A stretch of DNA of 64,000 nt from Penicillus capitatus. Taxonomy: Eukaryota > Plantae > Chlorophyta. Shown here piece after piece: positions 35,952 through 48,224 of the stretch (its first letter is position 1; the number at the start of each line of letters is the position of its first letter). The notes under the pieces were generated by a model, which ran no database searches, was not told where the DNA came from, and saw only the letters and a program-made list of their open reading frames with translations. Made by a program: the position numbers and the translations under genes. The DNA lies in the NCBI GenBank assembly GCA_965649825.1, contig OZ287704.1, positions 478,201-542,200 of the forward strand. The letters run 5' to 3'.

Positions 35952-38422
35952 TCATTTAACCCGACGGTCCGGTTTCTCCAGAAGAGTGATTTTGACGATA
36001 AGGGTTAACCAGCCGTCCTTCACAAAACCGAGCTTTTCGTCCTCCACTTCAAAAAAGCTCAGCGACTGATTGAGCGATTCATAGCACTCTGTGTTAATCA
36101 CCACCTCTTTTTCTATTGAACATTTGTTAGCGGACGAAGCTAGCTGCGGCGCACTACCATGAATTTTTCCCTCAATTGGTTGTGGGTACTTGATAACAAG
36201 GAGTTCGACGAGGGCACGAACGTTTTCCTTCGACCAATTGGCGATAGACAGCTTCGTGCTTTTCATATCAGACTCAGAATTGAGAGAATGAAGTTCCAAC
36301 GTTCTGCTCAATGCAAACGGCTCAAGAGATGAAAGTCGAAGAAATAAGGGCGAGTAGATACGTGCTTACATCGGGGTGTCATTGATCCAGATTTTCTCTG
36401 AAATCATGCGACCAGGATTCAATTGTGCATATCTCACTTTCCACTAGAACACAGCTTCAGTTCGGGAAGAAATGAGGAGGTTAAGCATACTATGCATCTG
36501 GCAGTCTTTCTATAAGTGGAACACTTGAAGTTCTCATTGTCCTGGTTAGGAAATCTCAAATCTATGCGAACAAGAAAAAAATCGTGTTTCAGGAACCCAG
36601 AGGATGAGTCCATGAGGTCCTTGACGGTGCACAAGGTAGACTTTCCAATGAATCTCTCAGGGTGTGTTGTAAAACGGCAACCTTCAGCAGATACATCGAC
36701 ACGTGAAAGGTTGAAGTATATGCAGAAACGCCAGCTTACTGTATGTCTTGTTTTTTGTCGCGTCTTCGAAGTTGATGACCTTCGTGGTGGAGTGAACCCA
36801 AACCTCTGATCCTTGCGTAGAGCGGAAGAAAATGCCGATATCTCCATTCCTTGCCCTTCTGACGTTGAACTCCCTGGCTGACAGCAGGACATTGACGGAC
36901 ATGACAGAATCCAGAGTTACCATATGTGATCGTTTATCTTGAAAGACTTAGAGAACAGTCCCTTCGGATTCTCCAACAGAGACCGGTGCACACAGCACTG
37001 GGAAAGACTACCAGTTTGCGATGAGAAGGGAAGCAGGCTGAATTACCTCGTAGTAGGCGTACCACTTGGACTTGGCGAGCAGAAAGGCATGCTCAACACC
37101 GTTATCGACACCAGTACCCTCTGCATTTCAAGCACATCTCAGAAAGAGCGGAGCAGAAAGCAGACATCGACTTTCGATCTGCACACTTAGCGCGTCGTCG
37201 ATGGCCAGAGAGCTTCCTTCTTTCTCTTCCACCTCTCTTCTTTGGCGAAGCATCTCCAGCGCGAACTGTCTGCAGCTCATGAAAGAGATCCTTGCGCACA
37301 GTGTGATCCAGCCATCTTGCACGAAGCCACTTGTCTTGTCTTCAAGCTCGCTCTCCTTTGCGAGATGAATCCAGTCCGTCTGGGATCCCGGGCCACGTAG
37401 ATAGAGCATCTCTGCGAGCAAAACAGGACTCATCAGAGCGAGAGAGAGGCAGAAAATGGTATCACCAAGAGAAGAGCTGGCTCCAGCGGATTCGCGGTTC
37501 AGGATAGAGCACAACAAGCGTCCGTAGAGGGGACTGCCTCCCATGTGTTGCATCGACAGATCCAGGTCTGTCGAATCAGAAGTCGATCTATGCGATCGGA
37601 CTGCCAACTTCCTGTGTGGCCGGCCGTCAAACAAGAGGAACAACTGCGAGTGCCGCGGTTCTTACAGTGTGCAGCCGCCCGTGTTGAGGAACTCTGTCAG
37701 AATGGATGGACTCATCTGTTTGAGGTGTCTCAGCTTCCACTGTGGTACACAAAATATATGCCAAAGAGAGAGAGGCGAGGAGGAGAGACAACCTCGCACA
37801 CAGCGTCCCCTCCCTGGAAGGAGAGCTTCCAAAGCTCGCTCTCCTGACATCGGATTCTCAGTTCCAGGCGCAGCGTGAAGTAGTCGCCGTTAAGGAAACG
37901 TGTGCATCGATTCTTGACGTCATCGATTCTCGCCATGTCACGAATTCCCTGCCGACGATCAAACGGACGGAAGACACAAGTGACATCTAGACAAGGAAAA
38001 GAGACAGTTCAGAAGATTGAGGAGGTCAGCTGATTCTCTTCTGGCAACTTTCGCAGATGTTTTGCTTCTCGTCCTCCCAGTTGACGAGAGTCAGAGAGAA
38101 GTAAGCCTTGACCACTCTCCAGTTCCGAGAACAGAGACAAGTTCTAAGGTTCCCTGTTGCCGAGTTCTCGACTTCGATGCACCTTCATCACAGAAGACGA
38201 ACACGAGTACTCTGAGATGTTCATTGTGTCCTCCCTTACCAATGATGGCCATTGACTTCGAAGTTACACGAAAACATTCTCGTGTTCTTCTTCTCCAAAA
38301 AAGAGTGATGCACACGCCACTAGCAGAATGCATCACGTAACGATTTCAACGAGTCTGGAGACCTTACTTCGTAAGTCGCGTACCACGCATGCTTCTTCAA
38401 CGTATAAGCGTGGGGGATGCCT
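35952..38422 (-). pseudogene. Multi-MATH-domain gene, copy 2 (5' end replaced by POMP fragment; one splice acceptor lost)
   Basis: Collinear with 20889-23369 (offset ~15053). It lacks copy 1's N-terminus, and the acceptor ..GGAACAG of copy 1 reads ..GGCATAT here (~37757). Confidence 0.8.
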
Positions 38423-39240
38423 CTCGAAATTTGACTGGACGACCTCCAGACTGGCTTCGTGGGTGTCATTGACGCATACGGCGCCTCACGAGAACTAAGC
38501 TTCGTTCTGTTTGAAAGCGCACTTTCTAAAAACCAGGTCGATATCCCGTGCGAAAACGGCTCCTCCGTGTGCGGCGCGATTGCGTTGGAAATGACAAGAG
38601 TCGAACCGGACCAGAGATCGAACGCACGAGGATCCTCGACACGCCTCTGCGTGTACGGCGCCTCCCAAGGTCGTAACCGCAAGATCGCCGTTGTCGACGA
38701 AACGGACGCGCTCGAAGCCGATCGTTGACACGCGCCGCCTGTCTTCGGTTTGCCTGCCCTCGACGATGACCGCGGAGTGATCGTGGCACCCAGTGAGGGT
38801 CACACGCGAGATAACAACCTTTCTTCCCCTGCAACCACATACTCGTACAGTGCCTGACTGTCGCGGACACGCGTCTGCCTCATGACGATGGCACTCTGGT
38901 GGCCGTCACCCGGACAACGCAGGATCGTGTCCCTCCTTCGCGATCCTTCGATGCTGACACTTTTGGCATCGACGGACAGCGTTTTCGTGAGCGACACGTC
39001 AGTCGCGTCCACGATGATACGCGCTCCGTCCTCAAGTCCTCGGACAGCGTCTTGGAGCTCCTTCTCGGTAGCGACGACGGTCACTTCTCTGCCACTTCGC
39101 ACTTTGGTCCTTCGATTCTGACCCAGGACTAAGAGCGAAACCGATTGCCCCGTGCTCTACGAACCTCGTCCGTCTCTACCTCCGAAATTTTCGAACGACA
39201 AGAAGACGACGGCGATGGCGATGGAGAGACGCCTCCACAT
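38423..39240 (-). pseudogene. 5' fragment of a POMP-like beta-helix surface-protein gene
   Basis: Signal MWRRLSIAIAVVFLSF, then a 51-nt intron, then EKELQDAV..IIVDATDVSLTKTLSV, GGAVHAE, FQRNRAAHGGAVF. Stops TAG 38495-38497 and TGA 38486-38488. It ends abruptly at the MATH sequence. Confidence 0.85.
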
Positions 39241-41331
39241 GTCGATGAGCGGGGCGGAAGTCGATGAGCGGGGTGGAAGAATCTTAAGGCGAGAGTCGGA
39301 CGATGGGCGGGTTGTGCGGCGAATCGGATGCACGAATCTTCGTCTAGGCTGTGGGGCAGCGAAAAACGCGAATACGCGAAGGCCGAGAGCCGAATGATGC
39401 AGCAGGGCGCCGACTGTTGACAATCGCCCGATCAATTGTCATTTGTCATGCTCCTCATAACAGCTGTCCACCAGTGATGCTCTAAACTGGCGTGATGCAT
39501 GACGCTATGGATCGACAATGATGCGAATGTGTCAACAGGCTGCCTCGAAAACATTCTTGTTGTTGCGTCGCAGCTTCCAGGCGAACGAGATGGAGGAGTT
39601 GCCGTCCGCCAGCCTCACGCCTGATTATTGCGACCCAGCTCTTGTCTGTCTACCGCCTGTCATGTTTCCTTGTCCATAGATCAGACCCGCACACGCTGTA
39701 GACGTTGCCTCGGGATCGGCAGTTCGGCAAGATCCCGTCATCATCAACCTGTAATTGCTTTCGTGCCTTAGGCCATCTGCGGCGAAGGCGACGCCAACCA
39801 TGTGGCTGCTGCCCAGATCAATGAGCGCAGCGCAGCGCATCTCCTTGCGAGAACAAAACTGACAATCACAGGAAAGGCTCTGGCTTTGGAATCAACGCGA
39901 CGGGGTCTGAGTGAAATGGAAGAAACGTCTTCCTAACGCCAGCGGGTTCTCTTCATCAAAAGATCTGTCGGTTGTCAAGCTTGCTGCACCGGAACACTTG
40001 AAGTGGCTCTCTTCCAAGCGTCGGGAAAGTGTTTTTCGCTTTCCTTTAGGCCAGAAATGATATACTCTTACATGAGAGTGGATCGTTCTCATCGTTCGAT
40101 CAGATTAGACGATCTAGCTGCACGAAGGAGGGATGTGTAACTCAAAGCCACTCAGTGAACTGCCGATACGTTTCTAGGCTCTTTTATCATTCCGTGCGCC
40201 GGTAGCATTGTCAGTCGTCGAGGTCACTGTGGAGCCGGTTTGATGCCGGAATGTGCCTATGCTGCTCAAAGTGCGCGTCGCTGACTGACTGCTCGAGCGA
40301 TAGACCACACAAGAGGCTGCTTTATCGCGAAAAACAGAGGGCCTGGTCCGATGAAGGAGCTAGATGTATCGTTTTGCACTTTGAGGTCAGCAACGAGCAG
40401 CAGAGAAGACGACATTCATCTGCTGACTGTCGTGCAAAACTAGGATGCAAAGAGATTCTCGAAACAGAGTGGAAGTCGTTAATTAGATCTTGACACTGTT
40501 TTGCTGTTTGGCGACTTTTTCACCAACCGATCGCCAAAACCGAGTAACATCTTTCGCACTCGAACGAGATCCATCCAGATGGGCCGCGTACGCATAGATC
40601 GATCGACAGAGAAACCGACCGAGCTGTGTCTGGCGTCTCGAATACGCCATCGACTCGTGGAAACGACGCGTGCGCTTACAAACCCATCTCCGCTGTCATG
40701 TCAGAGGAACAATGGAGCTCAGTAAGTCAACGAACTGGACGAAGCCTTCATCGGATGGGGCACAGCAGGATGGGGCTTGTCTGTCGCAATCCTGAGATGC
40801 TGATCCGAGTATCGACACAATCATCAAGAATCAAACCGAACACCGATCGATGATTCGCGTGCCGTGCGATCGGAAACTACAGATCGGCGCTGCGATCGTC
40901 GTGATCGCCTCACATGATTTTACGAATCGGCAATGAGAGAAGATCCGGCCTGCAGATAAGTCGTTCGTCATTCGGAACCATAGTCACGTCATGATATCCA
41001 GTCGTGCTTGGCAGACATATTTAGTGATGAGCCAAGGATATTGTCAGATGCGCACCAAACAATCTGACAGCTCGTAACGACCGGTTTATCAGACATGTGC
41101 AACTTTTGCACCGTCGATCCGTTCAATCGCAGATCGGACTGCACTGCAATAACAAGCTAAGATTGAAACTTCAATATCATGTGTCCGGGTTACTGATGCC
41201 ACAACCAAGATTTGCTGAGATCGATCTCTATCTTGCCTGACCGCGGTCGACTCGGAAGCGCCCGATGGCAAAGATCGATCTCGTGATGTTCAATCCGCGC
41301 ACGTTTTGGCATCGTCGATTTGTCCGATCGC

Positions 41332-41870
41332 CCATTGTGACAGATATAAAGCAACGAAACTGCACTTGTCTTATGGTGGGATATCGATCTGCTTATCAGC
41401 AGGAAGCATCCAAATCGTGTCATAGAGGAAAGCACTAGAAAAGCAACATGCTCAACAGCACATCGAGGAGACTAAAGTATCATCCATCAACTAGAGCATC
41501 AGATCAGCACCGTGTGCCTCCAGGCAGAGATAGCTCTGTGGGATACATATCTGGGTGCGCAGAAACACGCAGCAACAGACGCATTCACTCTCGCTGGTAC
41601 TGATCTTTGGCAATTGGCGCTGTCTGAAAACGCGACGTTTTGCTAGATGCGATGTTGGCGCCGATGCTCTTTTGATTCTGGCAAGGTTTGGAATGACCTT
41701 CCCAAGGCTATCCTGACATCAGAAGGTACTGCGAGATGATACGGGCGAGTACGGATCTTTCTTGTTCGTCTTTGAGTTGTGTGTAATCAGGAGTATCCAT
41801 CTGTGACGACGACCTCTCCCCCACACTGGGTTGGTGCCGAACCTGCATACTCATTCATCAGTTTTTTGTA
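41332..41870 (+). pseudogene. GST 3'-half pseudogene (inverted copy, introns retained)
   Basis: Aligns with the reverse complement of 10303-10837. TGA at 41673-41675 follows a 2-nt insertion, and the 5' half is absent. Confidence 0.82.
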
Positions 41871-42367
41871 GTCTTGGATCTTCTTTCTTGAGTTTTGAAT
41901 GACAGTCAGCAATAGATGCATCTGGGTGGCAGTAGTATACGATTGAACTGTTTTGTGGTCCTCTGAGTCCTGCAGGTTTTAACCTAGTCGATCAAACACA
42001 GCTCTAGCAACCTGGACTGGGCTGCATAAAAGACGTTTTATTTTGCGTTTTCGACGCGTTCGTTGTCGCGAGCTACATTGTCTACTGTGTCTGTACAATT
42101 GCCATAAGTAAATGGCCTATACAGCTTAAACATGTGTCTGTACAATTGCCACAAAAGAGATGGCCTAAACAGAGAATCCCTCTTTTTATTAAACCAAACG
42201 GACAGAATGTAATCGATTCAGTACTACGTCATCAAGATTGTAAAATCTAGTTTGTACAAATCCAGCATTTTAAATGCTCAAAGTATAGAAAACTGGCAAA
42301 AGATATGCAGAAATGCCATATGATTATTCGTGTAGATGTGATTGAGACTGACCCACAACAACTGAAA
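41332..42367. repeat. Inverted-duplication arm (reverse complement of 9769-10837)
   Basis: See 9769-10837. It contains two copies of the 44-45 bp unit instead of three. Confidence 0.92.
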
Positions 42368-42380
42368 AGTACGCGATCGG

Positions 42381-43040
42381 CTACATAATAGGCTGTTTGC
42401 TGTCAGATTTCAAATCAAGGTTGTCTGCTGCTGCTGGAGGCTTCATCGATCGTAAGTTATCATCTTGATCACAAACTGTCGAATGTCGGATCGAATTTGC
42501 TGTCTGCTGCTGGAGGCTGCTGGAGGCTGCTGTAGGCTTCATCGCTGGTAAGTCGTCTTCATCATAGCTGTTGGATGTCGGATCGAATTTGTTGTCTGCT
42601 GCTGGAGGCTTCATCAATCGCAAGTTGTCGTCTTCATCACAATCTCTCGGAATTCAGATCAGGCAGTCGTCGTCATCTCATATAATCGTCGTCTTCATAT
42701 CGGCTCTCGGATGTCGGGCAGGCTGGTAGTCGCCATCAAATCGGCAGTCGGCTTCATCACAGGATGTCGGATGCCAGATCAGGTAGTCGTCCTCATATCG
42801 GCTCTCGGATGTCGGGAGGGCGGGCGGGCAGGCGGGCAGGCAGGCAGGCAGGCAGTCGTCCTCATCTCGGGTAGTCGCCATCAAATCGGCAGTCGGCTTC
42901 ATCGCAGGATCTCGGATATCAGATCGAGCAGGCAGTCGGCTTCATCGCAGGATGTCGGATGCCAGATCAGGTAGTCGTCCTCATATCGGCTCTCGGATGT
43001 CAGATCGGGCAGGTATTCGTCATCATCAAAAGTAGTCGCT
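42381..43040 (-). repeat. Acidic degenerate repeat region (PTSESRYEDDYLIWHPTSCDEADC / MKPPAAA units), proto-form of the satellites
   Basis: Minus-strand GGCATCCGACATCCTGCGATGAAGCCGACTGCC and AAGCCTCCAGCAGCAG units. It is preceded by a canonical 53-nt intron (GTAAGT...CTAAC...TTTTAG, ~43130-43182). Confidence 0.75.
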
Positions 43041-43182
43041 GCCACAGACCTGGGTGACTCATGACGTCCGAAAGGGTCGATGGGTCCAATCTCAACCCCG
43101 TCCCTAGAGCCCGGACCCATTAGGTGGATCTAAAACACAAAATAGTTAGTAATTGTGAGAAATTGATGAGAGAGGAACTTAC

Positions 43183-44470
43183 TGCATCAAGAGGGTGATC
43201 CCCCAGGCTCCGGAAACAGTCCCACGTGCCACTCGACACAGTCGCAACGGCTTTCCACCTTGGGGGCGTCTCTCGGCGAAACAAAAAAAAAAACGCACCG
43301 CGCAGAACGTAGAGAACGCATCGGAGATCGGAGCCGGACATGCAGAAAGGTAGGGAGAGGAAGAACACACAAAAACAGAAAAGAAAAAAAAACAAAAAAA
43401 ACGAGAAGAGAAACACGCGGGTGAAAAAAAAACTGCAAAAGAAGAGAAAAAGGGACAGGTCCATGTCCCAGACACATCAGAGCACAAGGAAAAACGCGAA
43501 GACGTCATGAAGGCACCATCGCATCGAAAAAAAGATGCGATGGTGGCATAAAAAACAGTCAGAGAAGGTAAAAGTAAAAAAAGTAAAAATAGCGCGCCCG
43601 CGAAACTGCCGCAGAAAAAGATGACCCTGCCCACGGCCAGAATAGAAAAAAAAGTAAAAGACGGCCAGTGGTAGAAAAACGATCACGCGCGGACCTGAAT
43701 TCAAAAAGGCCGCAGGCAGGGCTCGCCTCGCTACGCTTGCCCGCGGAGTACCGACCAACAGCTCCCGGTACCTGGACAACGCAGGCGCCCCTCGGCACTG
43801 GTTTCACACCCCCCTGACGCCCTTAAAGTGTCCCGGGCGCCAGCTCCCCACTGGGGGAAGCTGGTCCTGCAAGCAGACGGCGGTTAGATGCATGAAAGAA
43901 TGCATCGAAAGACTTACTTGGCGGGACAGGGTTGAGTGGATCCATTCCCTGCGATGGAAGAGTCGATCTGGAGGCAGTGACTTCGACGACAGCTCCATCC
44001 CTACCACCGTCGCCTTCGCCCGTCCAAGAAGCGACAGATCGCGGTCTCCATCATCGTCGCCTGGCAGAGGAAACATCGGATCTTCCTTGTCGTCGTCTCC
44101 ATCATCACCTGCCACAGGCGCTGCGTCGCTGTTGACGACGGCGTGTCGATCGGCGCCGGCGTCGCTTCTCATCCGACCCTCGGCAGCTTCCGGTCCGTCA
44201 GTATACATCCCTGTCGCTGCAGTCCGGTCTCGTGACGTCCGCGGCTCGCCAGCACTGAAGGAAGGTCCCGGTGTGTCGACTCGGAGTACTGCTCGGCGTT
44301 CCAGTCCTGTTTTCGGCAGAACACCAAAACGCTCACTCCATCTCCGACGCGACTCGCTCAGAAAAGCACGAGGAGCGAGTTCTTGAGGTTCTTCGTACAC
44401 ACGACGCACGAGAATTCGGTTATCCATCGAGCTGACGACCAGGAAGAGGCAGCACGTCCGCCACATACGC
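43183..44470 (-). CDS. Unidentified membrane-protein-like gene, 3' part corrupted or low quality
   Basis: ORF 43804-44511 has an acidic stretch and a canonical GTAAGT..CTAAC..CAG intron near 43870-43920. Downstream are hydrophobic, T-homopolymer-rich frames with breaks. Confidence 0.35.
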
Positions 44471-44859
44471 TGCCCATTCGAACCCTGGCTGTTGCTGAGC
44501 GACAAACGCACTCGTCCAGATCCTACTCAGCACACAACACCTTCTCCACGCTACCACCCATAACAGAGACCGCACCGAATATCCAATTCTGAGACGGGCG
44601 CCATTCAATCTGATTTCCGGTCGAAAGCTCCACGTCTCTTAGCCCTTGTAACAGCGCGTCTTATAGAATCCCGCCTGCGTCAGATGCTCCCGTAGCCCTG
44701 TCGAACAAAGAATGTGTTGGAAGACATCGAACGACGCGGCCTCCTACTGACCTGTTGTGTTACACCCGTCGGCCTCGATGAAGTTCGGTGTCTCGGCGTC
44801 CGTCAAAAAGCGCCACCTACTACGCAACGCGAATCGTCGTTTCCCGATTGTGGCTTCTG

Positions 44860-45445
44860 ACTCAAGAGCGTCGTTCGAGAAACGCAACCCGTTTTAGGTT
44901 TGCTCGCGAACGAACATACCTTGGCGCTCTGCCATTTGGTTGCCTATACCCCGTTTCCCGGCGACGAGATAATTTTCGTCCGGGGAATCGTCGTAAACGT
45001 TCGTCTGAACCGGCTGCAAGCAAAACGGACGACAATCATCTCGTCCACAGAGACATCGAAAAACGGGGATCCGACGGCGACCCTCTGCATCTACCATGGC
45101 GTTCCGTCAACCGTCAGACCGCCCTCAGGCGCCGTACCACGATGCGGTGCCCATTCCACTGTCCTTTTCTGAAATGTCCCTGTCCATCGCGTCGCGGACA
45201 GTTTGGTTCCTGCATGGCCCACGCCGGATTCTCCCAGACGCATCATCCTTCGCTGTACCTGTCGATGCTGACGTCAACCGTCACATGCCACGCGTCTCCG
45301 ATCCCCGGCAGTCCAGAGGACAGCCGCACCGGATTCCACTGTCGAGTCCACGACGCCCGCGACCCGCGTTCCGAACAGCGCCGAGTCGATGCCCGTCAGC
45401 CGCGGAGGGCGAACTTCAGTCGAATGGCGACATGCAAGACCTGAC
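44860..45445 (+). other. Unidentified coding-like segment; inverted homolog of 6965-7495 and 61355-61880
   Basis: Shared DNA blocks (GAGAAACGCAAC, CTGCATCTACCATGGCG.TCCGTCAACCGTCAGACC, GAGTCGATGCC) and peptide similarity VAYTPFP..GIVVNVRLNRLQAKR vs VAWPRFP..GIGANVFLDRLDARR. Confidence 0.6.
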
Positions 45446-45548
45446 GGACGGAGAGCGTTGTACGACAGACTTCCTTCTCGCAGCAGATCGCGCTCGTCTC
45501 CGTCGCGAGGACTTCCGGCTCGGCCCACCCACTAGCGATATCCTCTCG

Positions 45549-47354
45549 ATGCGCATCTCGACGTCGCAGAAGCCGACTGCGTTCTTCCCCCGGCCCGACA
45601 AGGCAAACGCTCGCCTTGTCTGTCGTTCTTCTTCGATCCCTCTCCTCGCTGCTCAGACTCGCCGTCCTTCGTCTGTCACAACTCTCTGTCAAGCTCGGGC
45701 CTCGAACGATCTCAAAGTGCCCCATCGAACAGGTCAGGCCGTTTGCAGTCCGCTTGTGCAGGTCACTCATCGAGAGCTGCCGAACAGTCGGATAGAACTG
45801 ACGCTCACGATCTCCCCCGAAGCGACCCAGAAGAGCTACAATGCCTTCGTTCGCAAAGTCGAATCCGAAACGCATCTTCCAGGGTTTCGCAGGGGACAGA
45901 AAGTTCCTCTGCCTCTGCTGATGCGGTCGAGGGGCGGAGAAGAGGCCTTCAAGGGCGAAGCGCTGCAACAGCTTGTCGAGACGGCCGCCGAGAAGGCGCT
46001 GCGCGATTGGCAGGGCAGAGCGATCGAAGACAGCGATCGACTCGAGACCAGCCCAAGGGAACTTGCCGAGAGTTTCTCCCCAGACGAGGCGCTGCAGTTT
46101 CGCATCTCTTTCGACGTCATGTCCGAAGTGAAATGGGCCTCCCCATATCGCGATCTCAAAGTCATCCCGAGATCTCGCTTTCCTGCAAGAAGGGTACTGT
46201 AGTTGGAGATACTGGAGAAGGGAGATGAGGAGTCGGATGCCAGGAACGCAGAGTCTTACATCCGAACCATGCGCAAACAGAAGGGCTCTCAGCGCGTGGT
46301 CGTCGAACGAGGATTGGAACAAGGCGACGTCGCGATCCTAGATTTTCAGTTTCTGCGGCCGGACAATCGAGAAGACCTGCCCCATCTGAAGCAGGAGAAG
46401 TTCAGATTCGACACAGACCTTCCTGATGCACTCGGTACCCCGCGGATCTGCGAAGTGTCCCTTCATCCGGGCTGTGCAGGTGTGACGGACAGAGTCACGG
46501 GCATCCGAGTTGGAGACGTTCGCGAGTTCGACATCACTTTTCCGCAGGACTGGGAGCCGCCAGTCTACCGGTTTGTCCACCCGGCCCAGCAGTGGCTGTC
46601 CTCGATCCATGCATCCTGCAGGGGAGTTGAAGCCATTGCTGTTGTGACGTGTCGCGAGCTATTCGCTTGGGATCTGCCCGAGCTGACGGACGGCCTTGTC
46701 AAGGCCCTCGACCGGCCGACGCTGCAGACGGTCGACGATCTGCGCTCCTCTCTGATCCTGGCGGAGAGGAGTCGAAGGGCAGAGAGACTGCAGGACGCCA
46801 TTCAGGATGCTCTGTTGCACGAACTGGCTGCCATCGTCGACATGGAGATCCCGGAAGCAGCCTTGATGGAGACGGCGAAGGTTAGGTACCAGACAATGCT
46901 CCTCGAAATGCAATCCAAAGTGCGATCCGAGTACAGCAGCAATCGTTCCGGCCCGAGATACGGTTGAAGGGTAAATTGGGTCCTTCCGCCCTGGAGAGTC
47001 TCGCGACGGAGCAGATGCTCAGTAACTACATGATGTCGCATCGGACCGAGATCGAGAGAGACCAAAAGGGGATCGCTGCCATGCAGGCCGTCTTTTCGGA
47101 CCAAGAGATGTCCGTCAGCGACGACGAGATAGAAGCAGAGGTTGCGAAGGCCGAGAGCGAGTTTCAGGTATGGCACGACGGCGGCACAGCCGTTCGCAAG
47201 GGGTATCTTGCAGGACATGGGCGAGTCGTACGACAAAGATCGATTGAAGGAGATGGCACGGGAAGTTCTGCAGAACGCGAAGGTGGTGCAGTGGTTCGTG
47301 AAGAATGGCAACATCAAGATCCTGCCGTACCAAACAGAAAGGACACAGGCCTAG
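45549..47354 (+). CDS. TIG: Plastid-targeted trigger factor (ribosome-associated chaperone), 7 exons
   Basis: Ser/Arg-rich transit-like N-terminus, ribosome-binding motif HLPGFRRGQKVP, FKBP-like GDVAILDF..GIRVGDVREFDITFPQDW, and C-terminal helical domain. Introns at 45717-45761, 46161-46202, 46435-46479, 46571-46621, 46920-46969 and 47168-47213. Stop TAG at 47354. Confidence 0.95.
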
Positions 47355-47622
47355 TCACGTATAGAGGACATCGTTGTCTTCCGTCGAGGCGGACCACACG
47401 CTTTTTGCAATTTTGAGTGCGATCGGTTTGTACGGGGCGTCGATCGACAGCAGATCGCGAAGGCCTCGAAGGAAAACGGCGTCCGACGATGTCTCCACTG
47501 AACGACTGCCAGAAGGGTCCGGTCGGTAGCCTGAAAAGAACAGGAGCGGCGTGTACAGACGGACAACGGAGGTACCTGGTGTCAGCAGGCAGGTGGTGCG
47601 GATCTGCAAAACGTCGGCGAAA

Positions 47623-47900
47623 TGCAGCCATATGACGGCGTCTGAGTTGGAGGCGATTGTTCCCTATGCGTCTCTCGTCTTGGAGTTCACCGTCGCTCTC
47701 CTAATTTTTTGCCTATCCACCTCACCTGCGTCAGCGCCTCGTATAAAGAAGTGTCTGCAGATTTCTCACTCTAGCGCGAGTGGCAATCGCCAAGCGACTC
47801 GACACGCCATCTTGCCAGGGTAGAACGCGTCTATCCTTTCGCAAGAGACCACCCTTCAGAAATCACTTTCCTGTTCCATCTATATCGCAAACAGAGGCAT
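47623..47900 (+). pseudogene. STE24 5' fragment (exon 1 + intron 1 + exon 2), inverted relative to the parent
   Basis: TGCAGCCA(T)ATGACGGCGTCTGAG..ATTGTTCCCTATGCGTCTCTCGTCTTGGAGTTCACCGTCGCT matches the STE24 start (30240-30170, reverse complement). TCGCAAGAGACC..CAGAA..TTCC..TTCCATC matches exon 2. Confidence 0.9.
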
Positions 47901-48224
47901 CCACTATCAATTCTCAATAGCAGGACACCGAATCCGACAGATCACTCGACGTGATGTTTGATTGGAAAGCGACGCGCAGAGCAGCAGATCGCGACCATAT
48001 ATCCACGGCATCCATCTTCAAAGCGTCTGTCTATCTATCCCAGATGCATCGTCGTTAATGGGCCGATGTGACGATTCGTTCTCGATGACACGTCGCGGAA
48101 GTCGTTGCTTCCTAAGGCCAGAACACAGCTTCCGTTCTACAGAGGGAGATTCTTCACCGAAGGCGTTTTCCAAAGCAGAGCGCCGTCGCGTCGGCGTGCA
48201 AGGTCGACTGTGAGATTCCAGCCT

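Noticed and set aside
38486-38497. TAA/TAG = Gln alternative genetic code, suggested by in-frame TAG/TAA in several degenerate genes
   Set aside because: Long exons (e.g. 15653-17323, 13088-14104) contain no TAR codons. Intact genes end in TAA/TAG (2930, 47354, 53178). The TAG at 58759 replaces Trp, not Gln.
45549-47354. Bacterial contamination or recent HGT of trigger factor and POMP-like genes
   Set aside because: Both have spliceosomal introns, trigger factor has a transit-peptide-like N-terminus, and neighbours are eukaryote-specific genes.
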